This document shows positions 49,840 to 60,900 of a stretch of 64,000 nt of DNA, one piece after another. Position 1 is the first letter of the stretch. Every line of letters starts with the position of its first letter. A program made the translations under genes and the position numbers. Below the pieces are notes generated by a model. It saw only the letters and a program-made list of their open reading frames with translations, searched no databases and was not told the origin of the DNA. The DNA is from Takakia lepidozioides. Taxonomy: Eukaryota; Plantae; Bryophyta. Location: positions 84,196,001-84,260,000 of the forward strand of contig CM060731.1 of assembly GCA_030704615.1 (NCBI GenBank). Reading direction: 5' to 3'.

Positions 49840-50403
49840 TCACGTTGTCAATGGGACTTCGACTGCTCTCAGAACTAGCTCATGAGTCTTCGGGCTTCTC
49901 CAGGTAAAGTCGATTGCAGCCGTTGTACCGCCCCTGTTGATGTTCACCACAATGTCCCGCCCTTCAATCATACCACCATCGTATATGGAAAGCTTCACGT
50001 TTTCGTCCTCCACACCAATGCGAATGTCCCCATACAATGGAGAAGAGGAGCGCACTGCTTCAGGATAATAGGTCTCTCCGATGGAGTCCACCCACGTCCA
50101 CTGGCACCAGTTCCACCGCAACAGCATAGCAGTGCGCCTTCTTCTGCATGGATGACCGCCGTAGCTGGGAAAATCGGAATCAAGGATGCGCATGAGCCAC
50201 GGACTCCTCAGACCAAGATCGTCACCCCGCTCGAAGGCGTACTGGCCTGGGATATACTCAAAAGCCACCAATGTTTCCACAATCAAGCCAGTATCTTCTG
50301 TGTAATCTGTGTACCAGATAACAATGTCTCCCGATGTGGCCAAATACATTCCATAATCGATGCCTCCATAAGGGCAGTCGTCCTGGTTCCGGAAGCACGG
50401 CAT
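49840..50403 (-). CDS. ORF-A, copy 3
   Basis: Intact and nearly identical to 44863..45426. Confidence 0.7.
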   Translation of the reverse strand: MPCFRNQDDCPYGGIDYGMYLATSGDIVIWYTDYTEDTGLIVETLVAFEYIPGQYAFERGDDLGLRSPWLMRILDSDFPSYGGHPCRRRRTAMLLRWNWCQWTWVDSIGETYYPEAVRSSSPLYGDIRIGVEDENVKLSIYDGGMIEGRDIVVNINRGGTTAAIDFTWRSPKTHELVLRAVEVPLTT

Positions 50404-50947
50404 CCTTGCAAAGGAGGACCTGAGGTCAACTTGGATGCCGATGACAATGACCTTGCGGACAGCAACGAAGCCCTTAGATTTTGGAAATGATGCGAAGCAG
50501 AAGAGCAGTCCGGCCTCCAATAATGGAGCATCTGGGTCCCACGCACCCACCGACGGAGGTGTAACGTGTTCATGACGCCCATACCTCTTTCTCATCCACG
50601 GGGTATAGGTTGAGATATGCCACCGAAGTCCATCCCCGGATGGAAATTCGGCGCCGCATTTACATCGAAGGGGGGATGGACTTTGTCGTGTCGAGTGGCT
50701 ATCGGCCCACCTAGCAGTCGTTGCCCATAGTTTGCATGGCAGGGTAGGAAATTGAAACGGCTACATTCATGGAGCAGCCAATCTTCATCCGTCCAGGATC
50801 CTGTAGGGGGGAAATTTAAATGTGCCCTGGAGTGTTTGTGAGGAATTGCAGCGTTAGCTTGAACTTTTTCCAGCCACCGCGCTGCTCCTCCTCCATCCGG
50901 AAGCTGCTGTCATTGAGCGTACTCCAGTACTCCGGTACTTTTCAAGG

Positions 50948-51526
50948 ATGCCGTGCCACCGAACTCCAGCCGACTGCCCTTATCATGGCCACGATTATGC
51001 TATGTTCAAACTAGAATCAGGAGACATCATTGTCTGGCTCTCTGTTTTCACAGACGCTGCTGGAATCAAGCAAGAGTCTTTGCGCGCAATGGAGTATTTG
51101 GAGGGCTATTACCGCTTTGAGCGAGGTGAGGGCGAGGGTCAATGCGGTCCGTGGGTCCTGAAAATTGTTGACCTCGATATACCAAGCTGGAAAGGGATGC
51201 CGGACAGATCACGCACGGCCTCGCTTTGGCGTTGGAACTGCTGCCAGTGGACCAGGGAGGACGGCACCGGGGAAAACTATATACGTGGAGATCACTCTGC
51301 TCTTCCAGTGTATGGAGACATTCGGCTGAGTTGCGAAGACGAATCGCACGGGCACATGAGGCCCACAGTGACCTTGTCAATGTATGATGGTGGTATCATT
51401 GATGGACATGACATTGTCGTCGGCTCCAGCAAGGGCAGCAGAACGACCGAATTGCAGTTTACCTCGAGGTGCCGCAGCAGTAATGAGCTTGTTTTGAGGG
51501 CTATCGAAGTTCCGTCGACTTGGTGA
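50948..51526 (+). CDS. Orphan 192-aa protein (ORF-B), a diverged paralog of ORF-A
   Basis: Shares MPC, DCP, DYAM, SGDI, FERG, RWNCC.WT, YGDIR, DGG.I and ELVLRA.EVP with ORF-A. Confidence 0.75.
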   Translation: MPCHRTPADCPYHGHDYAMFKLESGDIIVWLSVFTDAAGIKQESLRAMEYLEGYYRFERGEGEGQCGPWVLKIVDLDIPSWKGMPDRSRTASLWRWNCCQWTREDGTGENYIRGDHSALPVYGDIRLSCEDESHGHMRPTVTLSMYDGGIIDGHDIVVGSSKGSRTTELQFTSRCRSSNELVLRAIEVPSTW

Positions 51527-51779
51527 AGCCCATGTAGAAGGAGGAAGGGCTTAGTTTTGTCTGCAGTTGGTAAATGTGAGACATCGTGTCCGATCAATAA
51601 ACCCATCGTACCTCACTTCTGTGTGATTGTGTTTCATTGTGTTGAATAACTGTCGGAATTGGCCCACTGTTTACAATTTGATGTCTCATTTCTACAATGT
51701 GTCTGTCCGGATGAATATACCAGAGTAACCGGTATGAGACTCATTAGCATTGTCGTATGAAACAATGGAAGGCGGCACA

Positions 51780-52512
51780 ACATTTCCATGTTGGTCATTG
51801 GAATGCGGCACCGCATTTCCATGTCGGACATTGAAATGCGGTGCATCATTTCCGTCCATGTACACGAAATACCAACACGGGTCTATAAATTGGACAGACA
51901 ACGAGGTTGGCATTGCAAATGCGGCGACGCATTTCCAGCTTGGCAATGGAAACTTCTTTTTGGACAAGGGAATGCGGTGCCGCATTTCCGTCCAACACTT
52001 CGAAAAGTATGACATTTCCGACCAGCGCGATGGAATGCGTTGCCGCATTTCCGTGAGAGGGTCTGCAAATGGACAAATTGCGATGTCCGTTCTGGAAATG
52101 CGGCGCCGCATTTCCATGTCCGTCATCGACTTTTTTTTGACAATGGAATGCGGTGCCAATTTTTGCTGATGGGCCTGCAGTTCGAACAACGACCATCCCC
52201 AATATGGAAATGCGGCACCGCATTTCCAATTCCGCCATTTCGACCTCCTTGTTCGACCTCCTTGTTCGACCTCTGTAAGCGTGGTGGCATCCATGAAATG
52301 AGCGGGAGAGGCCAAAACTGGCGTGTGGACAAAGGAAATTTTGGAAATGCGGCACCGCATTTCCAATCGGCCGATTACTTTTTACTATGCCAACCATGAA
52401 ATGGAAAATTTAGTCCCTCCCCTGTTTTGGAAATGCGGTGCCGCATTTCCAAAAGAGGTTTTTAGAGTTGCCAAAATTTTGGTCGTACATGGAAATGCGG
52501 TGCCCCATTTCT
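51780..52512. repeat. Downstream palindrome cluster of copy 3
   Basis: Reverse complement of 43300-44240, with far fewer 32-bp units. Confidence 0.9.
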
Positions 52513-52647
52513 GATTTTGGGAGCGTCGTGGTTTGGGCGATTGTGTGGCTGGAATGCACACTGGAGAGGGGTCACGAATGTCGGGGAGAATTTCCTTTAT
52601 ATACTCTGGAAGAGAATTTACATTTACAGAGACTTCATTAAATTCTA

Positions 52648-55600
52648 TTAATCTTGAAAATCATCCGAATCCTCATCCTGTTCTAGACTGTCCTGCTCCG
52701 CCTCCACCCCCTCATTGCCTTTCTCATCTCCAGCGGACTGCTCGTTGGCCAGGCTTTCGAAAATCCCATCTTCCCCTTGCGGAACTGTCTATCTCACCTC
52801 CGTTGGGTCATCTTCCTCCCTATCTGCGTCGCTCTCATCCGCTGAATCACATATGTACTTTCGTACCCGTCTACCTGTCTGAGCTGCTGCCAACTCTTTC
52901 CTTATCCTTCTGTCCTCCCTAGCCCTCTCCAAAATCTGCTCTACTTTACTGGGATTCTCACTTCTTCTAATCGCTGTATTTGCGAGTTTAGCTGCATAAC
53001 TAGGAAGGGAGTAGTCCCTCACCGGGCTCGTCATGAAGTCGGCCCTCGCAAAGAACGGGACATTCTTCCTGGCAGGAAGTGTAGGCCCTACATGTTTCGA
53101 CCCGGACCCTGCAATCCTGCACATGACAATCATCAACGAGACTAATGAGAACCACAGTCCGGAAATTCGTTTGACAAAAATGACCCAGAAGGCTTTGCAA
53201 ACTTACAATGTTTGCACTCACTCGTATTCCGGGTTCTCCTCCGCATCAATGTCCACTGTGTCTTCCTCGGACTCCGACGAATCCGAGGAGACTTCCGCTC
53301 TGTTGGGAGCCTTAACATTCCGTTGCAGCCCTTCCAGATGGGATCCCCACACGGATGAGTCCTCCTCGTAGGCAAAGAGGTGCCGGTCGGAAAACCGCCC
53401 AGCCCACATTGAGGCACCTATTACAATGCCATCCACACATTACAACATGCGCTTCAGATGTTGCGAACTACATCCTAACGAGAATTTGCAGAACAGCATA
53501 GAACAAGATTCTGCATACCTGTCCCACAGATGAGGTCTAGCACTGTGCCCTCCACGTCTGTGCATGTCTCCATAATTGTCTGAATGAAGGCAGGGCTCCG
53601 AGTCCGTGAGTACCGCAGGGGTTCCGTTGAAGTGAGGCTATGAGGGAGAAGTTCCTTGGGAACGTTGTTGAGCAGAACGTCGTAATCGAGGGGGTCGCAG
53701 TTCGGGTCAACCTTTCCTCCCTCCTTTCGGAAAGCAAAGGTGGAGTTCTCCTTCACAAAGCAGTATGCATCGAACTGCTTCGTCTGCATACACAGGGGGG
53801 AACGATTAGAAACCGAATGCGGCACCGCATTTGAAAACACCCAAGCAAATGAATGGACGAGTGCCAGTGTCGTAATTACCTTCTTCCCTTCCAACCGAAG
53901 GCCCAGTGTGTTGATGCACGTCCACTTCTTTTTCAGAATCGGGACGGCGCTCTTGCGGGTCCACTTCGCAATTCCTGTCTGAGTGTTTTTTCCTCTGCTC
54001 GCCAGGACAACCACACAGCCTCTGTCATCCAACACCATGCGGGCAAGCCCGAATCCTTTCTTCCAAAAGTCCTCCGAGTACCTGTTCCAAGATGGCAAAG
54101 CTTGCAGTCCTTCCACAGGCTCATATCGCAAGACCACTCGGTGGCATTTCCGCCCCTCCTACAATCCTTGTCTGCACACACCCTCTCAAAGAACGAGACC
54201 ATATTCTGAAATCCTGGGTGTCGGAAGGCTCTTCGGCAGTCGCCTTCTTCAGTGCTCTGCCCTTCAGACCCTCCATGGTCTTCATGTATGCCAACTTGGC
54301 TGCCCGTCCATCCAAAGCCGCCAAGAAACTCTCATTTACACACTGGACTACTGTTTCGGGAGCCACTTTCGGCCTCTTCATTTCCACCGGCTCGAAAGGG
54401 TGCCCCCCTGGGGGTTGAAGAGTGCCTTCTTTGCCGAGCCAGTTCTCGTGCCTCTCGTGACAACGGTGGGCACAGGGGAGGCAGCCTGCGTTTGGGGGGG
54501 TGGGCTGGTTGCAAAGTCTCCATCGGAGTCCTCTTCGTCACCCTCTTCCTGAACAGGCTGTTTCTGCTTCTTCGTTTTGGCGGGTGTCACAACAGCTGCT
54601 CCTTGCTGGCGAGTCCTCTTCTTCGACCCCTTCTGTTGGGCCTGCACAGCTGCATCCACCGTCTTTTGTGCCATCTCAGCTGCCTTTCTGGATTCTTCCA
54701 GAGCAGCAGATTCCTTTGCCGACTTTGGCCCAGCAGGGACACGTCTTTCCTTTCTCTTCTCTTCTGCCAAGGCATGCAGATCTTTCTCTGACTCGTCAAC
54801 AATACCGCCAGACATATCCAGGTACCAGGGGCATCCAACGAGATGCGCGACATGCCATTGTTTCTGCATCTCGGGTGTGTAGACACAGCTTGGGCCCGCC
54901 ACGGTCCAAGCCATGAAGAACGGGGGCTCTTGAGCCAGGGCCCCTGTCTGAAGGAGCACGTATTTCATATACCTACAAGGCAGTCAGCATGCGTGAGCAT
55001 AAGATTGGATGAACCTACTCGCAGAGTGCCAATGAAAAAATAAAATGTGAATGCGGTGCCGCATTTCCGAGACAAACCTCGTAACCAGGCTTCGCATACA
55101 AGGGCAGCTGTGCTTCACCTGTAAACAATTCGCATTGCAGCTTTTCCCGCTCCCTCCTGATGTGTAAACTCCACGCTCCTTCTTGCTGTCTGTAGCTCTC
55201 TGGCGAAGAGGTTGTCCTTGTACGCACATCTGAAACGTGTCACGTAGTCTTCCAATGTCTGTGTTCCATACCATTTGACGTACAAGCCGAACGAATTTGT
55301 GTGCATTACGACTTGCTCCTTCGCATTCGACATTACCTGCGATTCCCAAATGCATTGTCACGTAGCAGTTCAGGGAATTCATTTTAGAAAAGCAAATATG
55401 GGGAAGCAACTAGAATTACCTGGAACCACCAAGTCATGCGGTTGAGCCACACATCCACTGCAGGGTCGGAAACTTCGAGTGGAAAAGACCACATTGTCCT
55501 TATGCTCTCGGATGCATTCCAGATCGACAGCCACTGTGTCTGCCATTTCCGATCCAATGTCAGGAGCTAGAAGAAAGTGGCTATTGCTAGGAAGGAACTT

Positions 55601-56374
55601 CAGTGCATTGAAACCTCACCTTCTCTTTCGCCTCAACACATGCCGTTGAGAGGTGATGCAGTTTCTCCAATTGCATGGTCGGCTGCATGGCCCGAGAATA
55701 GTGTTTTGCAATCTCGGGGATGAAGTCCTTTCCAAGTGCCGGATCTGCAATTGCCACCAGCTTCACAAGCTTTGACTTGTATTTGGTTTTGGACTTGACA
55801 CCGGCTTCCTTCAAGTGCTCAGTCAATGACTGCAACGTTTTCACCTGCCCCTCACTTTCCATGAAGAAGCGTTTGGCATGGGCCAAATCCAGCTTGATGT
55901 TTGACTACCAACAAAAACATGCAGAAGCGTTACATTCGATTCATGTGGAAAGATTACTGGAAATTGGGGAAGGATGAGCAGAGGGAAATTGGAGGACGAC
56001 TTACTTCGTATATCACCTCCACCATTCCATCCATAGTGAGACGATACCATGTCCGGTCTGTTTTTGCAACGGCTTTCTGAATGAGCTCGGGCTCCAGCAT
56101 TTCCGCAAACATCTGCGGATCAGTGAGACCAGTTTTCCTCACCCTGTACAGCATATGTGCCATGTGGGTATGCACGTACGCATTCTCAGTGACCCTGCAA
56201 GGCACACTCTCCAGTTCAGTACACGGAAGCACGGAAACAAACCAGAATGGAAACCGAAATGCGGCACCGCATTTCGAACGTGCTAGGGAGGGTAGGAGTA
56301 TCTTACGAGTTGAGGTCCGCCATGGCATTCTTGAGCAGGGAGGAGTCTGATGCCTTCACCTTCAGGATGACACA
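52648..56374 (-). pseudogene. ParB-MTase gene, copy 3, 5'-truncated and with motif IV deleted
   Basis: Matches 39416-43170. A 25-bp deletion at about 54121 removes the IILDIPDG codons. Confidence 0.88.
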
Positions 56375-56399
56375 ATCAGATTGCCCATGTGACAGAGAA

Positions 56400-56640
56400 C
56401 ACAAGCATGAACAGCAGGGTGACCAGTTATAATGTGAAGCCGGAAGGGCGAGAAACAGTCATGGACTTTGATGATTCTATGTCAGTAATCCAACTGAGAA
56501 TTGGAAGCACAGACCTGACTGATGTACTGATAGATGGAGGCTCTAGAGTGAATATCATGACAGACCAATTAAGGCTGAAGCTTGGTCTAAGTAACATGAA
56601 ACCGGCCCCATTCACAGTAACAATGGCAGATCACCCTTCG
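56400..56640 (+). pseudogene. Ty3/gypsy aspartic protease fragment
   Basis: DVLIDGGSRVNIMT...LGL...APFTVTMAD. Confidence 0.8.
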
Positions 56641-58861
56641 GGACACCTCACGTAGGGTGTTAGAGGACTGCTTGGGACTTAGACGCTTTTACGGGATCTG
56701 TGGGGTACCCTTAATTTTTACACAGACTGAGACCAACAGGAGCCTTAGGGGTGACAGCAACAGGCTTTAGGGGGGGAGATACACAGCCCAACACAGTCCA
56801 TCACAGCCCGTCACAGCTTCGCACAACCAACACAGCCCGTCCCAGTCCGACACAGCCGACACAGCCCAACACAGCTAGTCACAGCCCGATACAGCCGCCA
56901 CAGTTTCGCACAACCCTACACAGCCCGACACAGCCAGTCACAGCCCGCCACAGCCTGATACAACCAGTCACAGCTCGGCACAGCTGGGGAACAGTTATCA
57001 TTGGCAGGGAATGACGGTGCGGAACGACATCTGAAAAAGGAACGTGTACTACAGGGATGACAGTTAGTTAGGAAATCGGTTAGAACAGCTTGTAGGTAGA
57101 AAAAACGAAGAGCGGGGACGTCTAGGGGACACTACTTCTGGGGGGACTTCTGGCATCACTGGGGGGAAATGAAGCGGAGAGCGCATCTTTGAGTAGGAAG
57201 AGGGAGAGCACGGAGTAGGAGGAGAACGATCTGTTGAAGTTTGACGAATGCAAGCGGTAGAGTTGTAATGTAGAGCAGATTAGAGACTCCATGGCTTCAA
57301 CCTGATACTTGATAGATATTAATCTGATACATACTTCATACTCACACTGTGTAGAGAGATTTGAGTGAAGTTGTGGAATGAATGGATGAGTTGATGGAAT
57401 CCGATAGATTGCTGAAGCAATCTGATACTTATATACCAACAGTAAGGTAACTAGCTAGCATGAATACGGGAAGGAATACAAATAGGAAACACCCCCATGA
57501 TACACTAGCTATAGGTCATGACTGATTGTTCTGAGCGGGCTGAGTGCTTAGAGATTTCCAACTCTTCTATCTTGGAGTTCCCACCTCGGATAGCGAAGGG
57601 ATGGGTGAGTAAAAGCCGCTCGACATTTGGCGACCATACTGGGGAACTGGGTCATGAACAACCAGATGTGACAGGCATCTGGTGGGATCATGGTGGTTGG
57701 AGAATTAAAGAATTTGATGTGAATCAAATTCCTTGTGAAACTGAGAAGGAAAGATTGTCCAAATGATTCTTTCAGAAGTTCTTGGAATTGCCAGACGGTT
57801 GTAAAGAAAACATTCTTAAGAGAGTGTATGATGCTGACCCTGAGTGGGGTCTGGAGAAAGGAGTGATAAAGATTTATCAGGTGGCCTGTAGAGGAAGAGC
57901 ACGTTGGTTACCAACACTGGTTTATGTGATAGCATTGCTATCCATTAAGCGAGTAGAGTTTGAAGGCTAGGAGGAAAGAAAGGTGAATGTTTATACTCAT
58001 ATGCATGAAGAGGTTGTACTGGTAAAGAATTGGATTCCAAAGGATATTTTGTGGATCAAACTCACACCAAGAACAGCTTTCCAGACTTGTTTGCCATATG
58101 GTTATATGGTAACGGAGACTTCTAGTATAGCCAAGGGTGCATTGAAGCTTGAAAGAAACCCAGGCATATACGAGAGATATTACAGAAGAGAGTTTTGGTT
58201 ATTGCCACATTAAAAGAAATGAAAGACATGGGACATGAGTGATGAAAGAGAAGCTAGACTCCAGAGATATTCAGCAAAAAGAGAAAGTTATCTGAAAGCT
58301 AATTATCCATATCTTTGGGAGAGAGGAATAGACATAGGGGAATCATCTGGACCTCTCACACCATTAAGATCACAGAGTACATCACCCATACCGGAAGAAC
58401 TAGAGTTGGATGCCACTCCTTCTTTTTCTTTGCAAGAAAGATTAAGGGAATTGGTACGGGAAGAAGATCAATCACGAGGTGAAAGAGCTGAGGTACATCC
58501 CTGGATAAAAGATTTGACAAAAATCCTTGATAAGAGTTGGCATGGAACACCAAAAGCAGGAACTCCAGTTTCTGAAGCGGAGGGTGAAGAAGGAGGAGAG
58601 GATGTGGCAGAGCCAACGGAGAGTTCAGACTCTCCAACACCATTGCAGTTGAGTTACATGAGTGAAGAAGAAACCCAAGGGCAGAACTTGGAGGATGAAA
58701 ATAGAGAGAAGAAATTGGAAGAGGAAGAGTATGAAGAAGTAGACCCAATAGCTGAGGTTGAGACTACAACCAGGACATCCCAACCCGTTGGACCTGGATC
58801 AAGTGGAGCACTTGGATCACAGGCCAACGAAGGTGTCGGCTGGCTGTTGGTGCCTAGTTAA
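56640..58861 (+). mobile_element. Degenerate LTR retrotransposon 5' region (LTR end, PBS-like site, pre-gag ORF relic)
   Basis: ACA-TT-TGGCGACCATACTGGGGA at 57623-57645. Downstream peptides resemble those at 62085-62942. Confidence 0.6.
56780..56986 (+). repeat. Short degenerate tandem repeat (cacagcc..., about 10-bp unit)
   Basis: Visible repetition. Confidence 0.85.
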
Positions 58862-60900
58862 GTCATGGGCTTGACCCATCTCTACTCCACATATAATGTT
58901 CTAACTGGATGGAATTTGTAATATTTACCTAAATATTATTTAATATTTATTATATTTTTCAAAAAACAGGGGACAGTGGTTTAATTTGTATTGTATGTTT
59001 ACTGAATTTATTATGTTTATATGTATTGAAATATAATACCATTTATATAATTTATAATATGGAGAATATATTATTTTGCACAAATACACGGTGTCATGAG
59101 CCGGTTGGGTAAAAAAGATTCGACAATTGATGGAAAATATGATAGGAAGACATCGTGTTTAAAGTCTGTGCGCAGTGCCAAAGGATCAACAAAAAACCTT
59201 ACTGTTTGAAAGAATCTAATCTCTCAACGGATCCAAAAAAGTGACAGACCGAGCACGTTCTTCCTCGCTGATTGTCCATAGCATGCCTCCTTCTGCCCCA
59301 ATACCTTCTGCCTCCTTCCTTACAAGAGATCAAGATCGCATGACCTGCACATGAATGCACACATGTATAAGCAGATCAACAATAAGTGCAGATTCCAATA
59401 GGAGTGCGCATTAAAAGAGAGAAATAATCATAGTTCTCATTTGTTGAAGCATCCAGAATAGTCATTCATGTGGGCCAGTTCCCGAAGACCTGCTTTGGCA
59501 AAACTAAGGTTGACTCTTGCTATGCTGGTTGCTATGGCAATTCATATAATAAAGCCAAAGTTCAGAAAAACCAAGTACCGACTCGGTGGAAGAGAACTGA
59601 GCAGACTGCAAAGAGTTCAGTGGGAGAGCTATACCTTGTAAGTTGCTATGAGGCTCAATAAAGAGGCTTTCAACAGAAAGAGCTGACCAAGGGATTTCTA
59701 CCGCACCAAAATACAGCCTACAGTGTAGATGGGAGACAATATGTTTGGAAGAGAGGTCTTGCTGATTGTTTCTGTTTGATTATAATTCAGTGTGTGAGGA
59801 GTCTTGGTAGGGCTTAAAACCCCCAGGATATAAAATCACTCCTCAAAATTTTCTCACAACTTGGTACTGGTTGATCTCTTGTGGAATTGACAAGTAGGCT
59901 CCTCTGTGTTGACTTGGACCAAAGACCAATGCATCAAGCACCTACCCCTAAAATTAGCAGTTTAGTGTTTGTAATGACTGCAGAATGGGGAACCCTGGTG
60001 GATTTACTCAATATCCTCTCCTACTTGAGGCCAATAGAGGGAATAGGTGTTTATATGTGCTTGTGATGTTGGATTTTACCCATTCACTACAATTCACCTC
60101 CTTGTAGTGCCTCTACATAGCCTGTAAAGCACTATTTTCAGTGTTATATGAAGGTTTCCAGAGGATGGTGCTGACTGAGTTTGGTATTGGCTCGTTCGTG
60201 TAGCATTTGCTGGACTATTTCACAATCAAAGCTGAGAAGACAATGATGGCCCAACTATCTGAGCTGAACCCTCACCAGTATGCCTGGTTCTACAAGTGAG
60301 TTTTTTCTCCCTTGTTGCTTACACAGTAGTAATGAGGATGGTTGGGTACTGAGATGAAGTACCAAGTTAGCTTGGTGAGACAGTTGTTTCTAGCACCCGC
60401 CATCAAAAGTGTGTGTACCGATATCTCGTTTGTAAGCATGTGTGGACAGTCTTTTAGAATGCAGATTTATATCACCACCAGTCCTTTGAACCGAACATAG
60501 GTGCATGTTGTGGTGAATGTGAAGTTATTTGGTTAACAATAAGCCACAAGATGGCAAATTCTTTCTTCGGGTGCTAGCGAAGGTATAATAACTCACCACC
60601 TCCTTGTTGTGGGTGACTTTAAATTTTGTTTGGAAGACCATTTCTTTCTGATTCATTTCTGCATCTTTTTTGGTGTTGTGCTCAGGAAAGGCAGGTGCTG
60701 AAAGGGTGATGGTGACTAGATTACACTTGTTCAACAAATGGGTAAAGGTGGGTGTATCTTTCTCTTTTTCTAAGACGTGTTGTAGTTATTAAGAAGGAAG
60801 TATTTTCAGTTCAATGTTTTCCTCATAAGGAAGCCGGCTAGAAACTTGGCATCTGCTCGAAGGTTGACATTCCAAGCATTCCTCTCTCTGCCGAGTGTCT

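Larger units (their letters stand above)
49461..56374 (-). mobile_element. Inverted partial copy 3 of the ParB-MTase transposon, lacking the last ~84 bp and the TIR
   Basis: Reverse complement of about 39416-45805, plus an extra ~770-bp segment (about 50836-51607). Confidence 0.92.

Noticed and set aside
58870-60900. Possible host exons
   Set aside because: No convincing ORF or motif was found.
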